A stretch of 64,000 nucleotides of DNA from an uncultured virus (IMG/VR IMGVR_UViG_2751185397_000002) (Duplodnaviria; Heunggongvirae; Uroviricota; Caudoviricetes): IMG/VR virus record IMGVR_UViG_2751185397_000002. The stretch is one strand, 5' to 3'. The position numbers and the translations under genes are program-made. The notes beneath the pieces are model-generated. The model was not told where the DNA came from and made no database searches. It saw nothing but the letters and a program-made list of their open reading frames with translations. Shown here piece by piece: positions 9,842-18,153 of this stretch (position 1 is the first letter of the stretch; every line of letters begins with the position of its first letter).

Positions 9842-10795
9842 TCACTCCACGTTAAAACTTTGCTTTGATTTTTTATCGCCCGCTGCTTTTTCTGCTTCTG
9901 CTTCGGCGATCAATTTCCGCTTAATGGCTTCCTGCTCTTCCTCCGAAGGTATTTCGCCGGTTACAATTGGCTGATCGTGTGTGATTTGCTTTGGTTCGTC
10001 GGTTGGTTTTGTTTCAACTATTTCGCCTGTTGATCCATCGATAATGAAAGAATCTCCGTCAATAATTACGTTTTTATCTTGCTCTGTTGCTGCTTCGATC
10101 TTCTCAAGATTCATCATTTCAATCGACATTGGAAGATACTTCCAGCCGCGACGGATTACGGTTTTTTTAATCATTTCATCGCGGTCAGTGTCCCACGGTG
10201 TTTGTCCGCCAGATTTCACCGCAGAACTACGCGCCTTAATGCTCATAACCTCATCGATGGTCATCCATTCAAAGTGATTTCCGCCATCCTTAAAGTGAGC
10301 AATCATGTAAACCAGTACTGGTTCTCCGCGCGCACCTGTAATTTTTGGCTTGTGGCGTACTTTGATTTCAAGCCCGAGTTCCATGTCAAACTCATCATGC
10401 TCGTACACAACATAGGCATTGATGTTGCTGATCTCTCCCGATCTTCTGGATAGCGATATAAGTCCGCGATACCCAGGCATCATTTTTATTTCGCCCTTGT
10501 ATGGGACAAGATACGCTTGGCCAAGCGCTCCACCAATTTCAAGTCCTAGGTGAGAGGCTTGCAGGACAGCATTCACAAAGCTTGCAGGGTTCTGCAATGC
10601 TATTTTTGCCAGATAGGAATTGCTGCGTAATTCGTTCAGCGCAATCCGGGCCATTTTTTCAGGTGTTACATTGCTTGCTACAACCGATTTTATTTGTCCA
10701 AGGCGTCCTGCCAGAAATTTCGATAACTCACCGATGTCTTTTGGTTTGTCTAAAACTTCGCCTTTAACTGCTGTTTTTAATGCTGCTGTACTCAT
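9842..10795 (-). CDS. recT: RecT-family ssDNA annealing protein
   Basis: LGLEIGGALGQAYLVPY, GYRGLISLSRRSG, TPWDTDRDEMIKKTVIRR. Confidence 0.93.
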   Translation of the reverse strand: MSTAALKTAVKGEVLDKPKDIGELSKFLAGRLGQIKSVVASNVTPEKMARIALNELRSNSYLAKIALQNPASFVNAVLQASHLGLEIGGALGQAYLVPYKGEIKMMPGYRGLISLSRRSGEISNINAYVVYEHDEFDMELGLEIKVRHKPKITGARGEPVLVYMIAHFKDGGNHFEWMTIDEVMSIKARSSAVKSGGQTPWDTDRDEMIKKTVIRRGWKYLPMSIEMMNLEKIEAATEQDKNVIIDGDSFIIDGSTGEIVETKPTDEPKQITHDQPIVTGEIPSEEEQEAIKRKLIAEAEAEKAAGDKKSKQSFNVE

Positions 10796-10809
10796 GATTT
10801 TTCCTTAAT

Positions 10810-11784
10810 TTATTTCAACAAAAATGGTCTTGCGCCGGGTTTTGTGTCAGTGAATCTTTTTATAACTTCATCTCTTCCTAATCCTTGTGCAAATTCTGGA
10901 GATGAGAACGCGAAATTAAATGCTTGCTTCCAATCAGTTTTGCTGCTTTCCTTGTTAGTTTTCCACGACACCAGCTTTTGCCCGTTATGCATCAACAATG
11001 CCGCTTCACCCATTCGTGCCTTGATGCGTGATTTAAGCGTTTCAGCGTGCGCATCATTGGCTTTCAAATCTTCATTTACATGCACCAGCTCGGTGTATAG
11101 CGTAAACAACTCTGTATCAGCCTCAATGATTTTCCCCGAGTCGATCCGGTATAACCGGTTAATGTCATCGATAGTCACCGGATCAGGCGAAATACGGTTT
11201 TGCACCATGTTCCAGAACTCAACTTCAGCGTTCCGGATAATGTTGATCATCTCTTCGTCACGATTGACGAAGTGAACCCTCAGGTCGTCGGCACCAATCA
11301 GCGCAGCAACAACGGTTTTGCTCCTGCGTGCCACCATCTGCCCGTGTAGCACTTGTGCCGTGTAGTAAATCGGTATTTCATCGGTTCCAGGCTCTCCCCA
11401 ATCTTTCGCAGCGAACGGGTGTACGGTTTTCATTTCACCGTTGATCAATTCGCCATCAACCATTAATTCCATATCGATTTCTGCCGCGATGAAATCATGA
11501 TCGATGTCTTTAATCCGGTTGTTTCGCGCCACTACACGAACCTCATGGCCGCGATCCTCCAGCTCATCGATCAGCATTTCCATTACGACCGGTTCCCAGC
11601 GCTTGCCGCGAGCAAAAATCCGTTCTTTCTGTGGCGTAATTTCATCCTGCCATTCACTTATTTTTTGCTGATACAGCGCAAATTTTGACTTCCACGGCGA
11701 TACGCCAAGAATAGCCGCAACATCGCTGCCGCCGATGTATGTCCGGCGATCCATCTCCAAAACTTCTTCAATTTGTGCGTTCAC
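10810..11784 (-). CDS. YqaJ-like viral recombination exonuclease
   Basis: RRTYIGGSDVAAILGVSPW, EMKT, IPIYYTAQV; adjacent to recT. Confidence 0.92.
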   Translation of the reverse strand: MNAQIEEVLEMDRRTYIGGSDVAAILGVSPWKSKFALYQQKISEWQDEITPQKERIFARGKRWEPVVMEMLIDELEDRGHEVRVVARNNRIKDIDHDFIAAEIDMELMVDGELINGEMKTVHPFAAKDWGEPGTDEIPIYYTAQVLHGQMVARRSKTVVAALIGADDLRVHFVNRDEEMINIIRNAEVEFWNMVQNRISPDPVTIDDINRLYRIDSGKIIEADTELFTLYTELVHVNEDLKANDAHAETLKSRIKARMGEAALLMHNGQKLVSWKTNKESSKTDWKQAFNFAFSSPEFAQGLGRDEVIKRFTDTKPGARPFLLK

Positions 11785-11954
11785 AATTCCCCCTCATAAT
11801 AATTTCGTTCATGCCGCCATCCGTCCAGCCATGAAACGAACAATTCTGTTTCATGCTCTCTATCGTACGGATTGCTGCTTATTGGGCAGCCATTGTCATA
11901 TGCTGCAACACCATGTTTGAAAGCATGGTCAGCATTGGATAGTTGCTTAGTCAT
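11781..11954 (-). CDS. 57-aa Rmf/CrpP-like protein (not in ORF track)
   Basis: MTKQLSNADHAFKHGVAAYDNGCPISSNPY...SWLDGWRHE; stop overlaps the next start. Confidence 0.65.
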   Translation of the reverse strand: MTKQLSNADHAFKHGVAAYDNGCPISSNPYDREHETELFVSWLDGWRHERNYYEGEL

Positions 11955-12026
11955 GTGTCAGTGATAAAGCAAAGAACAGCGCGCAGATCGCAAAAACCGC
12001 ATCAACCAATGATTTAAAATCGTTTT

Positions 12027-12602
12027 TCATGCCGTCAGTCCAACCTTTGAAACGGCGATTTTTAAATCTTCCAGCTTCACTGCGCGCTGCATCAAACCAT
12101 CCGTTTCATGATTCAGCGTCATGTTGTTAATTAGCGCTTCGAGCACGTTTACATCCTGCTGAATATTGACGTGCTCAATAGTGTTTGCCGGTATGAATCC
12201 TTGCCGCTTTGTTAGCGATTCCTGGATACACTCAAGCATTTTTGGAATATCTAGTGGATAGCTGCGGTTTAACACCAGATTATCCAGATCACGCTCCAAG
12301 GCGTCCCACTCGTTTTCGCGGATGCGAAGCGCCACGGCTTGCTGTGATAATTTCATGACTGGCATGCTCATTTGATCACCTGCACAGTTATCAATCGCAC
12401 GGGATTGGTTACCTTTGCCGCGGCATCCACCATCGCATGCCACGTTGATTGAAATATTCCGGATCACCTGCACAGTTATCAATCGCACGGGATTGGTTAC
12501 CTTTGCCGCGGCATCCACCATCGCATGCCACGTTGATTGAAATATTCCGGAATAGTGGTATCTAAAATCTTTTGTTATCACTTGCACCCTGCACTTGATC
12601 AT
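12027..12602 (-). CDS. Hypothetical; fusion of two ORFs through an 88-bp tandem duplication
   Basis: Downstream part has its own start at 12371. Confidence 0.5.
   Translation of the reverse strand: MIKCRVQVITKDFRYHYSGIFQSTWHAMVDAAAKVTNPVRLITVQVIRNISINVACDGGCRGKGNQSRAIDNCAGDQMSMPVMKLSQQAVALRIRENEWDALERDLDNLVLNRSYPLDIPKMLECIQESLTKRQGFIPANTIEHVNIQQDVNVLEALINNMTLNHETDGLMQRAVKLEDLKIAVSKVGLTA
12374..12551. repeat. Perfect 88-bp tandem duplication
   Basis: 12374-12461 identical to 12462-12549. Confidence 0.95.
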
Positions 12603-12687
12603 CTCTTACCTCACGCTGTTAGTTGATTCGTTCGCCTGGATTCCACAGGCCCCACCGAGTGCACGGCTTAAGGAGGTAGCCTTGGGA

Positions 12688-12990
12688 TTATTCAGTCTGT
12701 TTGATGCAAGCAGCCGCGACAGCAACCCAGCCGTTGGTGGCTTTACTTGCTGGCAGCATCACGCCTTCGCTGTTTATTGATGTGTATCTCGGGTGAGACT
12801 GGGTGATCTGGTTGATTGCCGCATCGCACAGTTTTTCTGATTTATAGCGTGTTTCGTTAACTATTGGCGCTGAGTAAGGACTGCCAAACTGGCCGGAATA
12901 AACCGCCATGACACCGGTCATTTTCCAGTAGTCAGCCGCCATAACCGGCGCGGCAATCAACATCAATAAAGCAATTACAATTTTTTTCAT
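12688..12990 (-). CDS. Small secreted protein, first gene after PL
   Basis: Signal peptide MKKIVIALLMLIAAPVMA; GGAG SD. Confidence 0.7.
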   Translation of the reverse strand: MKKIVIALLMLIAAPVMAADYWKMTGVMAVYSGQFGSPYSAPIVNETRYKSEKLCDAAINQITQSHPRYTSINSEGVMLPASKATNGWVAVAAACIKQTE

Positions 12991-13063
12991 GAGATTCTCC
13001 AAAGTAGTTTTGATTATCAACCTCACCTGCTTTCACGACTTATGGTGGCTGGTTGATGTTTAT

Positions 13064-13105
13064 AGTATAGAAAATATATACAAATAAAGTCAAGAAAAAA
13101 TATAC
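13064..13105 (-). promoter_or_regulatory. PL promoter with two 17-bp operators
   Basis: TTGACT-N18-TATACT on minus strand; GTATAGAAAATATATAC (13065) and GTCAAGAAAAAATATAC (13089). Confidence 0.75.
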
Positions 13106-13146
13106 TTCCTGCTTACGGTTTCTTATTCGATTAAAATTTAGGCAAT

Positions 13147-13170
13147 AAAAAACCCGCCGAAGCGGGTTTA
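13147..13170 (-). terminator. Intrinsic terminator of the cI operon
   Basis: AAACCCGC-CGAA-GCGGGTTT with A tract on the left. Confidence 0.8.
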
Positions 13171-13190
13171 ATTTGGATGAGTAAGCGTTT

Positions 13191-13820
13191 CTATGACGCT
13201 TTTATTCGATACGTTCGCGCGATGCCTAGTATTCCTATACCAGCTATAAGCATTGCGTAAGTTTGTGGTTCTGGAACTGGATTTGGAGCAGGATCCGGAA
13301 TCGGGTCAAGCAATACATAATCTATGTTGTCAATGGCCGATTGCATGGTGTAATCGCCGTCCGACATAACCACTTTATTGATTCCGCTCCAATCGAATGT
13401 GACGAAAGTTGGTGCTAGTGTTGTTGAAAATACATCTACAGAGTAGGTGAGCGTTGTTCCAATATATCCATCAAAATGAGTAATTCCGTCATGCCATGCC
13501 TTTGTGACGTACATAGAATGTAAATCAAACGGGGTTTTGCTTGAAAAGTAGACCGAATCACCGCCGCCATTTACGCCGACATTTGGTCCGGATACCATGC
13601 CATGCTCATAACCCGTTCCCACCCATAGTGGCTTAGTTCCGTTTATCGCCACAAAAGTATTGCTCCACTCAAAACCGCGATAATTGTCCGGCACCAACGC
13701 AGAACTTATCGACGTATCTATGTCATCGAAAGTGATGAGATCGGCACATGCATTAAAGGAAATCGCGCTAAGCAACGCGGCATTTAAAGATCGTAATAAT
13801 ATTTTTTTGTTATTCATCAT
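13191..13820 (-). CDS. PEP-CTERM exosortase-target surface protein
   Basis: Signal peptide; C-term PVPEPQTYAMLIAGIGILGIARTYRIK. Confidence 0.9.
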   Translation of the reverse strand: MMNNKKILLRSLNAALLSAISFNACADLITFDDIDTSISSALVPDNYRGFEWSNTFVAINGTKPLWVGTGYEHGMVSGPNVGVNGGGDSVYFSSKTPFDLHSMYVTKAWHDGITHFDGYIGTTLTYSVDVFSTTLAPTFVTFDWSGINKVVMSDGDYTMQSAIDNIDYVLLDPIPDPAPNPVPEPQTYAMLIAGIGILGIARTYRIKAS

Positions 13821-13835
13821 ATCGCTCCTAATATT

Positions 13836-14216
13836 TTACTGCGAGGTGCAGTTAACAAAGTTTCCGAGTTGATTGCAGTTTGTGTGTATTTGCGGTCCGG
13901 TTCCGGACAGCGGGAAAACAGGCTGAACGTAGTTCCTTGTGCCGCTATCAGAGAGCTGTTTTTTTCTCATCAGTACATTGTTCAATGTCGCGGCATGCTT
14001 GCTGCAATCTTCTCCACGGCTCTCCAATTCCTTAGCCCACTCTTCCCTTATTACCGCTGGCGCCAGTGTCGCCATAGTTAATTTCTCGCACAGGCCATAA
14101 TTTGATGTTTGCTTATTCTGTATCTGGCGCGTAGCGGGATCTGCATACATCGAAACGCAGCCAGGGGTAATTAAGATCAAAATAATCGCTGTGATTTGTT
14201 TTGCGATGTTCTTCAT
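13836..14216 (-). CDS. Predicted lipoprotein
   Basis: MKNIAKQITAIILILITPG-C lipobox-like signal. Confidence 0.7.
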   Translation of the reverse strand: MKNIAKQITAIILILITPGCVSMYADPATRQIQNKQTSNYGLCEKLTMATLAPAVIREEWAKELESRGEDCSKHAATLNNVLMRKKQLSDSGTRNYVQPVFPLSGTGPQIHTNCNQLGNFVNCTSQ

Positions 14217-14282
14217 TTCTCATTGCCTGTTTTGCATCTGCATCGTTCTACTTTGCACCAGTCAGAAAGAAATACAACATCT

Positions 14283-14651
14283 TCATTTATTGAGTTCTTT
14301 TTCGAGATCATCCTCAGTAAAAGTTCCAATGATTTTTCGTGCCTGGAGTCTGTTTCCCTTTGGAATTTTGGTTGTACTTTTTATTATTTCTACTTGATCC
14401 ATATCCAGTTCATCCAGGTTAACACCAAGCATTAAAGCCAATTGATTGTCCTGATCGTGCGGCAATGGGATCCCTGATTTTCTTGAGAGCTTTACAAGCT
14501 GACTGTAAGAAGGTTCGTGCCGTCCTTTTTCCCATGAATTGATATTCCCTTTCGTGCAATTCATCAGATCGGCGAGCTGAAGCTGTGTCAATCCGAGCTT
14601 TGCCCTAACCGCTTTAATGAAGTCCGGGATATTGATTGCAATGTCATTCAT
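14283..14651 (-). CDS. cI: CI-like XRE repressor
   Basis: IKAVRAKLGLTQLQLADLMNCTKGNINSWEKGRHEPS HTH; divergent from cro. Confidence 0.85.
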   Translation of the reverse strand: MNDIAINIPDFIKAVRAKLGLTQLQLADLMNCTKGNINSWEKGRHEPSYSQLVKLSRKSGIPLPHDQDNQLALMLGVNLDELDMDQVEIIKSTTKIPKGNRLQARKIIGTFTEDDLEKELNK

Positions 14652-14660
14652 GTGGTTAAT

Positions 14661-14725
14661 GTATAGATATTCTAAACGATTGCAATCTATTTTTTCTTGA
14701 CTTCTAGGTATAGAAAAACTATCCT
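14661..14725 (+). promoter_or_regulatory. OR region: three 17-bp operators and PR
   Basis: Operators at 14661, 14685 (reverse), 14708; TTGACT(14697)-N17-TATCCT(14720). Confidence 0.75.
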
Positions 14726-14760
14726 TTGCCTGTGTGTTTTGAATATTCAAAGAATTAATC

Positions 14761-15021
14761 ATGAGCAAAAGTAAAAAAATTATTGTTAATCGGATAGTTA
14801 CCGCTCTCGGGATCAGAAAAACCGATCTGGCAAAAATGTTCAATGTGTCTAAAGGAGCTATTCATTCTTGGGGTGTTAGCGGAATACCAAGCGAACATTG
14901 CAGAAGGATCGAATCAATGCTGGCTGACACACTCGATCCAATGACGCGGATCGATCTGCGCCCGGACGACTGGCAAAAATGGTGGCCAGAATTAAAACAA
15001 GACTCAAAAAAAGCAGCATGA
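14761..15021 (+). CDS. cro: Cro-like regulator
   Basis: LAKMFNVSKGAIHSWG...IPSEHCRRIE...DLRPDDWQKWWPEL. Confidence 0.85.
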   Translation: MSKSKKIIVNRIVTALGIRKTDLAKMFNVSKGAIHSWGVSGIPSEHCRRIESMLADTLDPMTRIDLRPDDWQKWWPELKQDSKKAA

Positions 15022-15047
15022 CAATCCCCCGATAATTCTATGGTTAC

Positions 15048-15866
15048 ATGCTTGCACGAAAAACATTATATGAATACGGCAATAGAAAAGAGGTTTTGCC
15101 AATGACTTGCAAATACAACGAATTGAATAAGCACGATGCGCTTTATATCGCCGCCAGGTCTTATCCTGGTGGGGTTGAAGCTTTAGCGGCACGCATGGGG
15201 ATTTCGCCCAACGTGCTTTACAAAAAACTTCGGCGCGCGGTCGATTCTCATCACCTGAATTACGAGGAAGCATCTCAAATCATTGAATTGCTCTCCGATT
15301 CCGGGCGCGATCAAATGGTTGATCTGGCTATAAGGTCGTTTATGTGGCGCCACGGTTATGTGGCGTATCGAATTCCAGGTGATTCCGATGATATTAATGA
15401 TGATGCATTGCTTGCTCAGATATTAAAAATCATCAGCAAGAAAGGCATCTTAGCGAACAACCTAAAAAATGCTCTCGAAAACGATGGAATCATTGATTCA
15501 GAGGAATTGAATCAAACAGAGAATGATATTCAACAGTGCATTGCCAGCTTGATGGAACTTAAGAGCAAGGTCAAATCAATGCACGAGAAGCCAAAATCAA
15601 AAAAAATGAATAGATTTCGTACGGCCCTCCTTTTAATGAAAGGAAACCACTTATCGCGTGCGCCGGCCGAGTCCGGTGTCAGAATCAGCTCGAAGCTGGT
15701 CGGTGTGTTGAAACGTGATTGCAATTTAACCCAAAGGCCAGCCGGATTCCCTAACTGTTCCGGTTGGTCATTTGGCCAGATTATGACGAGGACCAGCGCA
15801 CCACGCTGTGCGCATTATACAGCCAGTGGCTTACTCACCTTTGCCGCTGGCTGTTTTTTTTGGTAA
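15048..15866 (+). CDS. cII: CII-like regulator; last ~85 aa probably spurious read-through
   Basis: YPGGVEALAARMGISPNVLYKKL, DGIIDSEE; position after cro. Confidence 0.7.
   Translation: MLARKTLYEYGNRKEVLPMTCKYNELNKHDALYIAARSYPGGVEALAARMGISPNVLYKKLRRAVDSHHLNYEEASQIIELLSDSGRDQMVDLAIRSFMWRHGYVAYRIPGDSDDINDDALLAQILKIISKKGILANNLKNALENDGIIDSEELNQTENDIQQCIASLMELKSKVKSMHEKPKSKKMNRFRTALLLMKGNHLSRAPAESGVRISSKLVGVLKRDCNLTQRPAGFPNCSGWSFGQIMTRTSAPRCAHYTASGLLTFAAGCFFW
15819..15861 (+). terminator. Intrinsic terminator before the replication gene
   Basis: ACAGCCAGTGGC/GCCGCTGGCTGT stem then T8. Confidence 0.75.
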
Positions 15867-15872
15867 GTAAGA

Positions 15873-16778
15873 ATGGCTAGAGCTCGCAATATAAAGCCAG
15901 GGTTTTTTACAAACGAGGATTTGGTTGAATGCTCATATGCAGCGCGCCTGATTTTTCCAGGTTTATGGATGCTAGCTGACAGAGAAGGTAGATTAGAGGA
16001 TAGGCCGAAAAAAATAAAAATGGCAATTTTCCCTGCTGACACAATCGACATTGACGAGTTGCTTGGTGAGCTAGAGTGTCGAGGATTTATAAAACGGTAT
16101 ACGGCAGACAACAAAAAAGTAATAAGTATTCCTCAGTTTCTTGAACACCAAAATCCGCACGGCAGAGAACAAGACAGCGTATTGCCTGATGAGAACGGAT
16201 ATTACAAAGTAAATACGCGTAAAAATGACATGGTAACCGGTGAGTATTCACTGGTTAAGTCATTGGTTAACAATGAATCAAGCACAAAAACTGAACAAGC
16301 ACAATGCAAGCACAGTGCAAGCACAGTGCAAGCACATGATCAGCACCATGCAAGCCCTGCTGATTCTCTGATTCCTGATTCTCTGATTCCTGATTCCAAA
16401 GATACTGTAATAACACACACTGTCTATCCCTCCCAACAGAGTAGGGAACCAACACCGGGCGCAAGCGTGTGTCTTGAACTCAAAAAAGTTGGAATTATCG
16501 ATTTAAACCCGGCACACCCTAAGCTTTTGATGCTGATCGAATCCGGTGCAACGATTGACGAATTCATGCACGCAGCACGGACCGCGAAGGACAAGCAGAA
16601 GGGGTTCAAGTACGTCCTGGGCATCGTGGAAGGCCAGCGCACCGAAGCAGCTCAGGCAAAGGACAAGGTGCTGCAAGGCACGATTCAAAACAAGGCGGAT
16701 GCGCTTTTGAATCGAAACAAAGAATCGACGAGGAATTGGAAACCACCCGAACTGAGGGCACAAAATGACGGAACATGA
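15873..16778 (+). CDS. Phage replication initiator
   Basis: MARARNIKPGFF...LWMLADREGRLEDRPKKIK; internal iterons. Confidence 0.85.
   Translation: MARARNIKPGFFTNEDLVECSYAARLIFPGLWMLADREGRLEDRPKKIKMAIFPADTIDIDELLGELECRGFIKRYTADNKKVISIPQFLEHQNPHGREQDSVLPDENGYYKVNTRKNDMVTGEYSLVKSLVNNESSTKTEQAQCKHSASTVQAHDQHHASPADSLIPDSLIPDSKDTVITHTVYPSQQSREPTPGASVCLELKKVGIIDLNPAHPKLLMLIESGATIDEFMHAARTAKDKQKGFKYVLGIVEGQRTEAAQAKDKVLQGTIQNKADALLNRNKESTRNWKPPELRAQNDGT
16279..16397 (+). repeat. Probable replication origin iterons
   Basis: CAAGCACA at 16279, 16296, 16307, 16318, 16329, then tandem CTGATTC. Confidence 0.7.
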
Positions 16779-17412
16779 CTTTCAAAAATTCCATGATGGC
16801 TTGGTAGGTGTTTACAGTTTTTACGATAAAGAAATCAATGATTTTGCTCTCGATCTTTGGTGGAATGCGTTGAAACAGTACGACCTAGCGGCGATTACGC
16901 AAGCATTCGGCCGGCACGTGGTTAACACGGAATCCGGGAAGTGGTTACCGAAGCCTGCCGACATCATCCGCATGCTGCAAGGATCAACGCAAGACGCGGC
17001 ATTGATCGCCTGGGCGAAGGTCGACAAAGCGGTTCGTCACAAGGGCTGCTACGTCGACGTTGTTTTCGATGATCCACTGATTCACCGGGTATTGCATGAC
17101 ATGGGCGGATGGATACCGTTGGGACAAAAAAACGAGGATGAATGGCCTTTCGTAGCGAAGGAATTTGAAAACCGGTACCGGGGATTCCGTGAACGTAGCG
17201 AAATTCCGGAATATCCGGCTGTATTGACCGGAATAGCCAATGCCTACAACAGCAGCAAAGGCTTGAAATTGGAACCGTTCGTGATGATTGGAGACACGGA
17301 TAAATGCCAGCGTGTGATCACCGGCGGAACGGATAAGCCGCTGATCGGATTTCAGCAGGCAAGCAAAGCTGTTCCTGATCTTCGATTGATTGATAAAACT
17401 GAGGTTGCATAG
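16765..17412 (+). CDS. Replication-associated protein (P-like helicase loader, DUF6475-like)
   Basis: LWWNALKQY, WLPKPADII, VFDDPLIHRVLHDMGGW; follows initiator. Confidence 0.7.
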   Translation: MTEHDFQKFHDGLVGVYSFYDKEINDFALDLWWNALKQYDLAAITQAFGRHVVNTESGKWLPKPADIIRMLQGSTQDAALIAWAKVDKAVRHKGCYVDVVFDDPLIHRVLHDMGGWIPLGQKNEDEWPFVAKEFENRYRGFRERSEIPEYPAVLTGIANAYNSSKGLKLEPFVMIGDTDKCQRVITGGTDKPLIGFQQASKAVPDLRLIDKTEVA

Positions 17413-17420
17413 GAGAAAAC

Positions 17421-17648
17421 ATGATCAAGATAGTAAAAAAAGTGATAGCGGCGATTAATCCAAAGTTCTCAATCGGAGATGAAGTTAATTACACAAACCC
17501 GCAGGGTGTCGATTTTGGAAAACGCAAAATTCTTGGTATCGAAATATGGGAGGAATACCACGGCGATAATCGCGTTCGATATTTTTTATCTGATTCAGAT
17601 ACGCCTTGGTTTCCAGTTGGTGAGACTTGTTTAACAAAGAGCCTGTGA
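17421..17648 (+). CDS. Hypothetical protein
   Basis: AGGAG SD; 75 aa. Confidence 0.7.
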   Translation: MIKIVKKVIAAINPKFSIGDEVNYTNPQGVDFGKRKILGIEIWEEYHGDNRVRYFLSDSDTPWFPVGETCLTKSL

Positions 17649-17975
17649 GGTATCAGGCACTAACAAGGATTGAGATTGTGAGCGAAATAGCCAACCTCTA
17701 CGGATCGCCTAATCAGCGACGGAAAGGACAAGACAGAAGGTGATTTCTTCTGTGGCCTGGTGCCGAGTTGGAAGGTGTCCAAATCCAGGCTGCAACATCA
17801 GTCTCAATCACTTGTTAGTCTATCAATCTGGTGATGATAGTGTTGAGGGTACGACGAAAATACTCGAGTTAAGTAAGTTGTATCTGGCGTGACACGACCG
17901 GCACCGCACCGGTGTAGCTTGGTTCGATTCCAAGGGCTAACACGTCTCATCCACGTTACGGATGGCTAACATGTT
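17641..17975 (+). ncRNA. Structured RNA units A and B (B tRNA-like)
   Basis: ~20-bp closing stem 17659-17678/17799-17819; T-arm CTTGG-TTCGATT-CCAAG 17918-17934. Confidence 0.65.
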
Positions 17976-18015
17976 GTTAATTAATTAATAAAATTGATCT
18001 TAGAGAACGCACAAT

Positions 18016-18150
18016 ATGAACATAAAAGAAAAGGAAAAATTTCAGGATGCTTGGTGGATGCTATCTGTGATTATAGGTATAGGGGGGCCAGTTTTTGGGA
18101 TTCTATTAGTATTCAGCGGTTTATCTGATTGTTATTTTAACAGACAATAG
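18016..18150 (+). CDS. 44-aa single-pass membrane peptide (not in ORF track)
   Basis: MNIKEKEKFQDAWWMLSVIIGIGGPVFGILLVFSGLSDCYFNRQ. Confidence 0.5.
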   Translation: MNIKEKEKFQDAWWMLSVIIGIGGPVFGILLVFSGLSDCYFNRQ

Positions 18151-18153
18151 GCG

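Noticed and set aside
12605..12690. Minus-strand GCCTG/CAGGC hairpin followed by ACTAACA, like unit A of the RNA array
   Set aside because: No TGTTAG partner or long stem seen; may be chance or an antitermination site
14652..14843. N-terminal 64 aa of the 186-aa cI ORF
   Set aside because: Overlaps the operators and cro; the likely start is 14651
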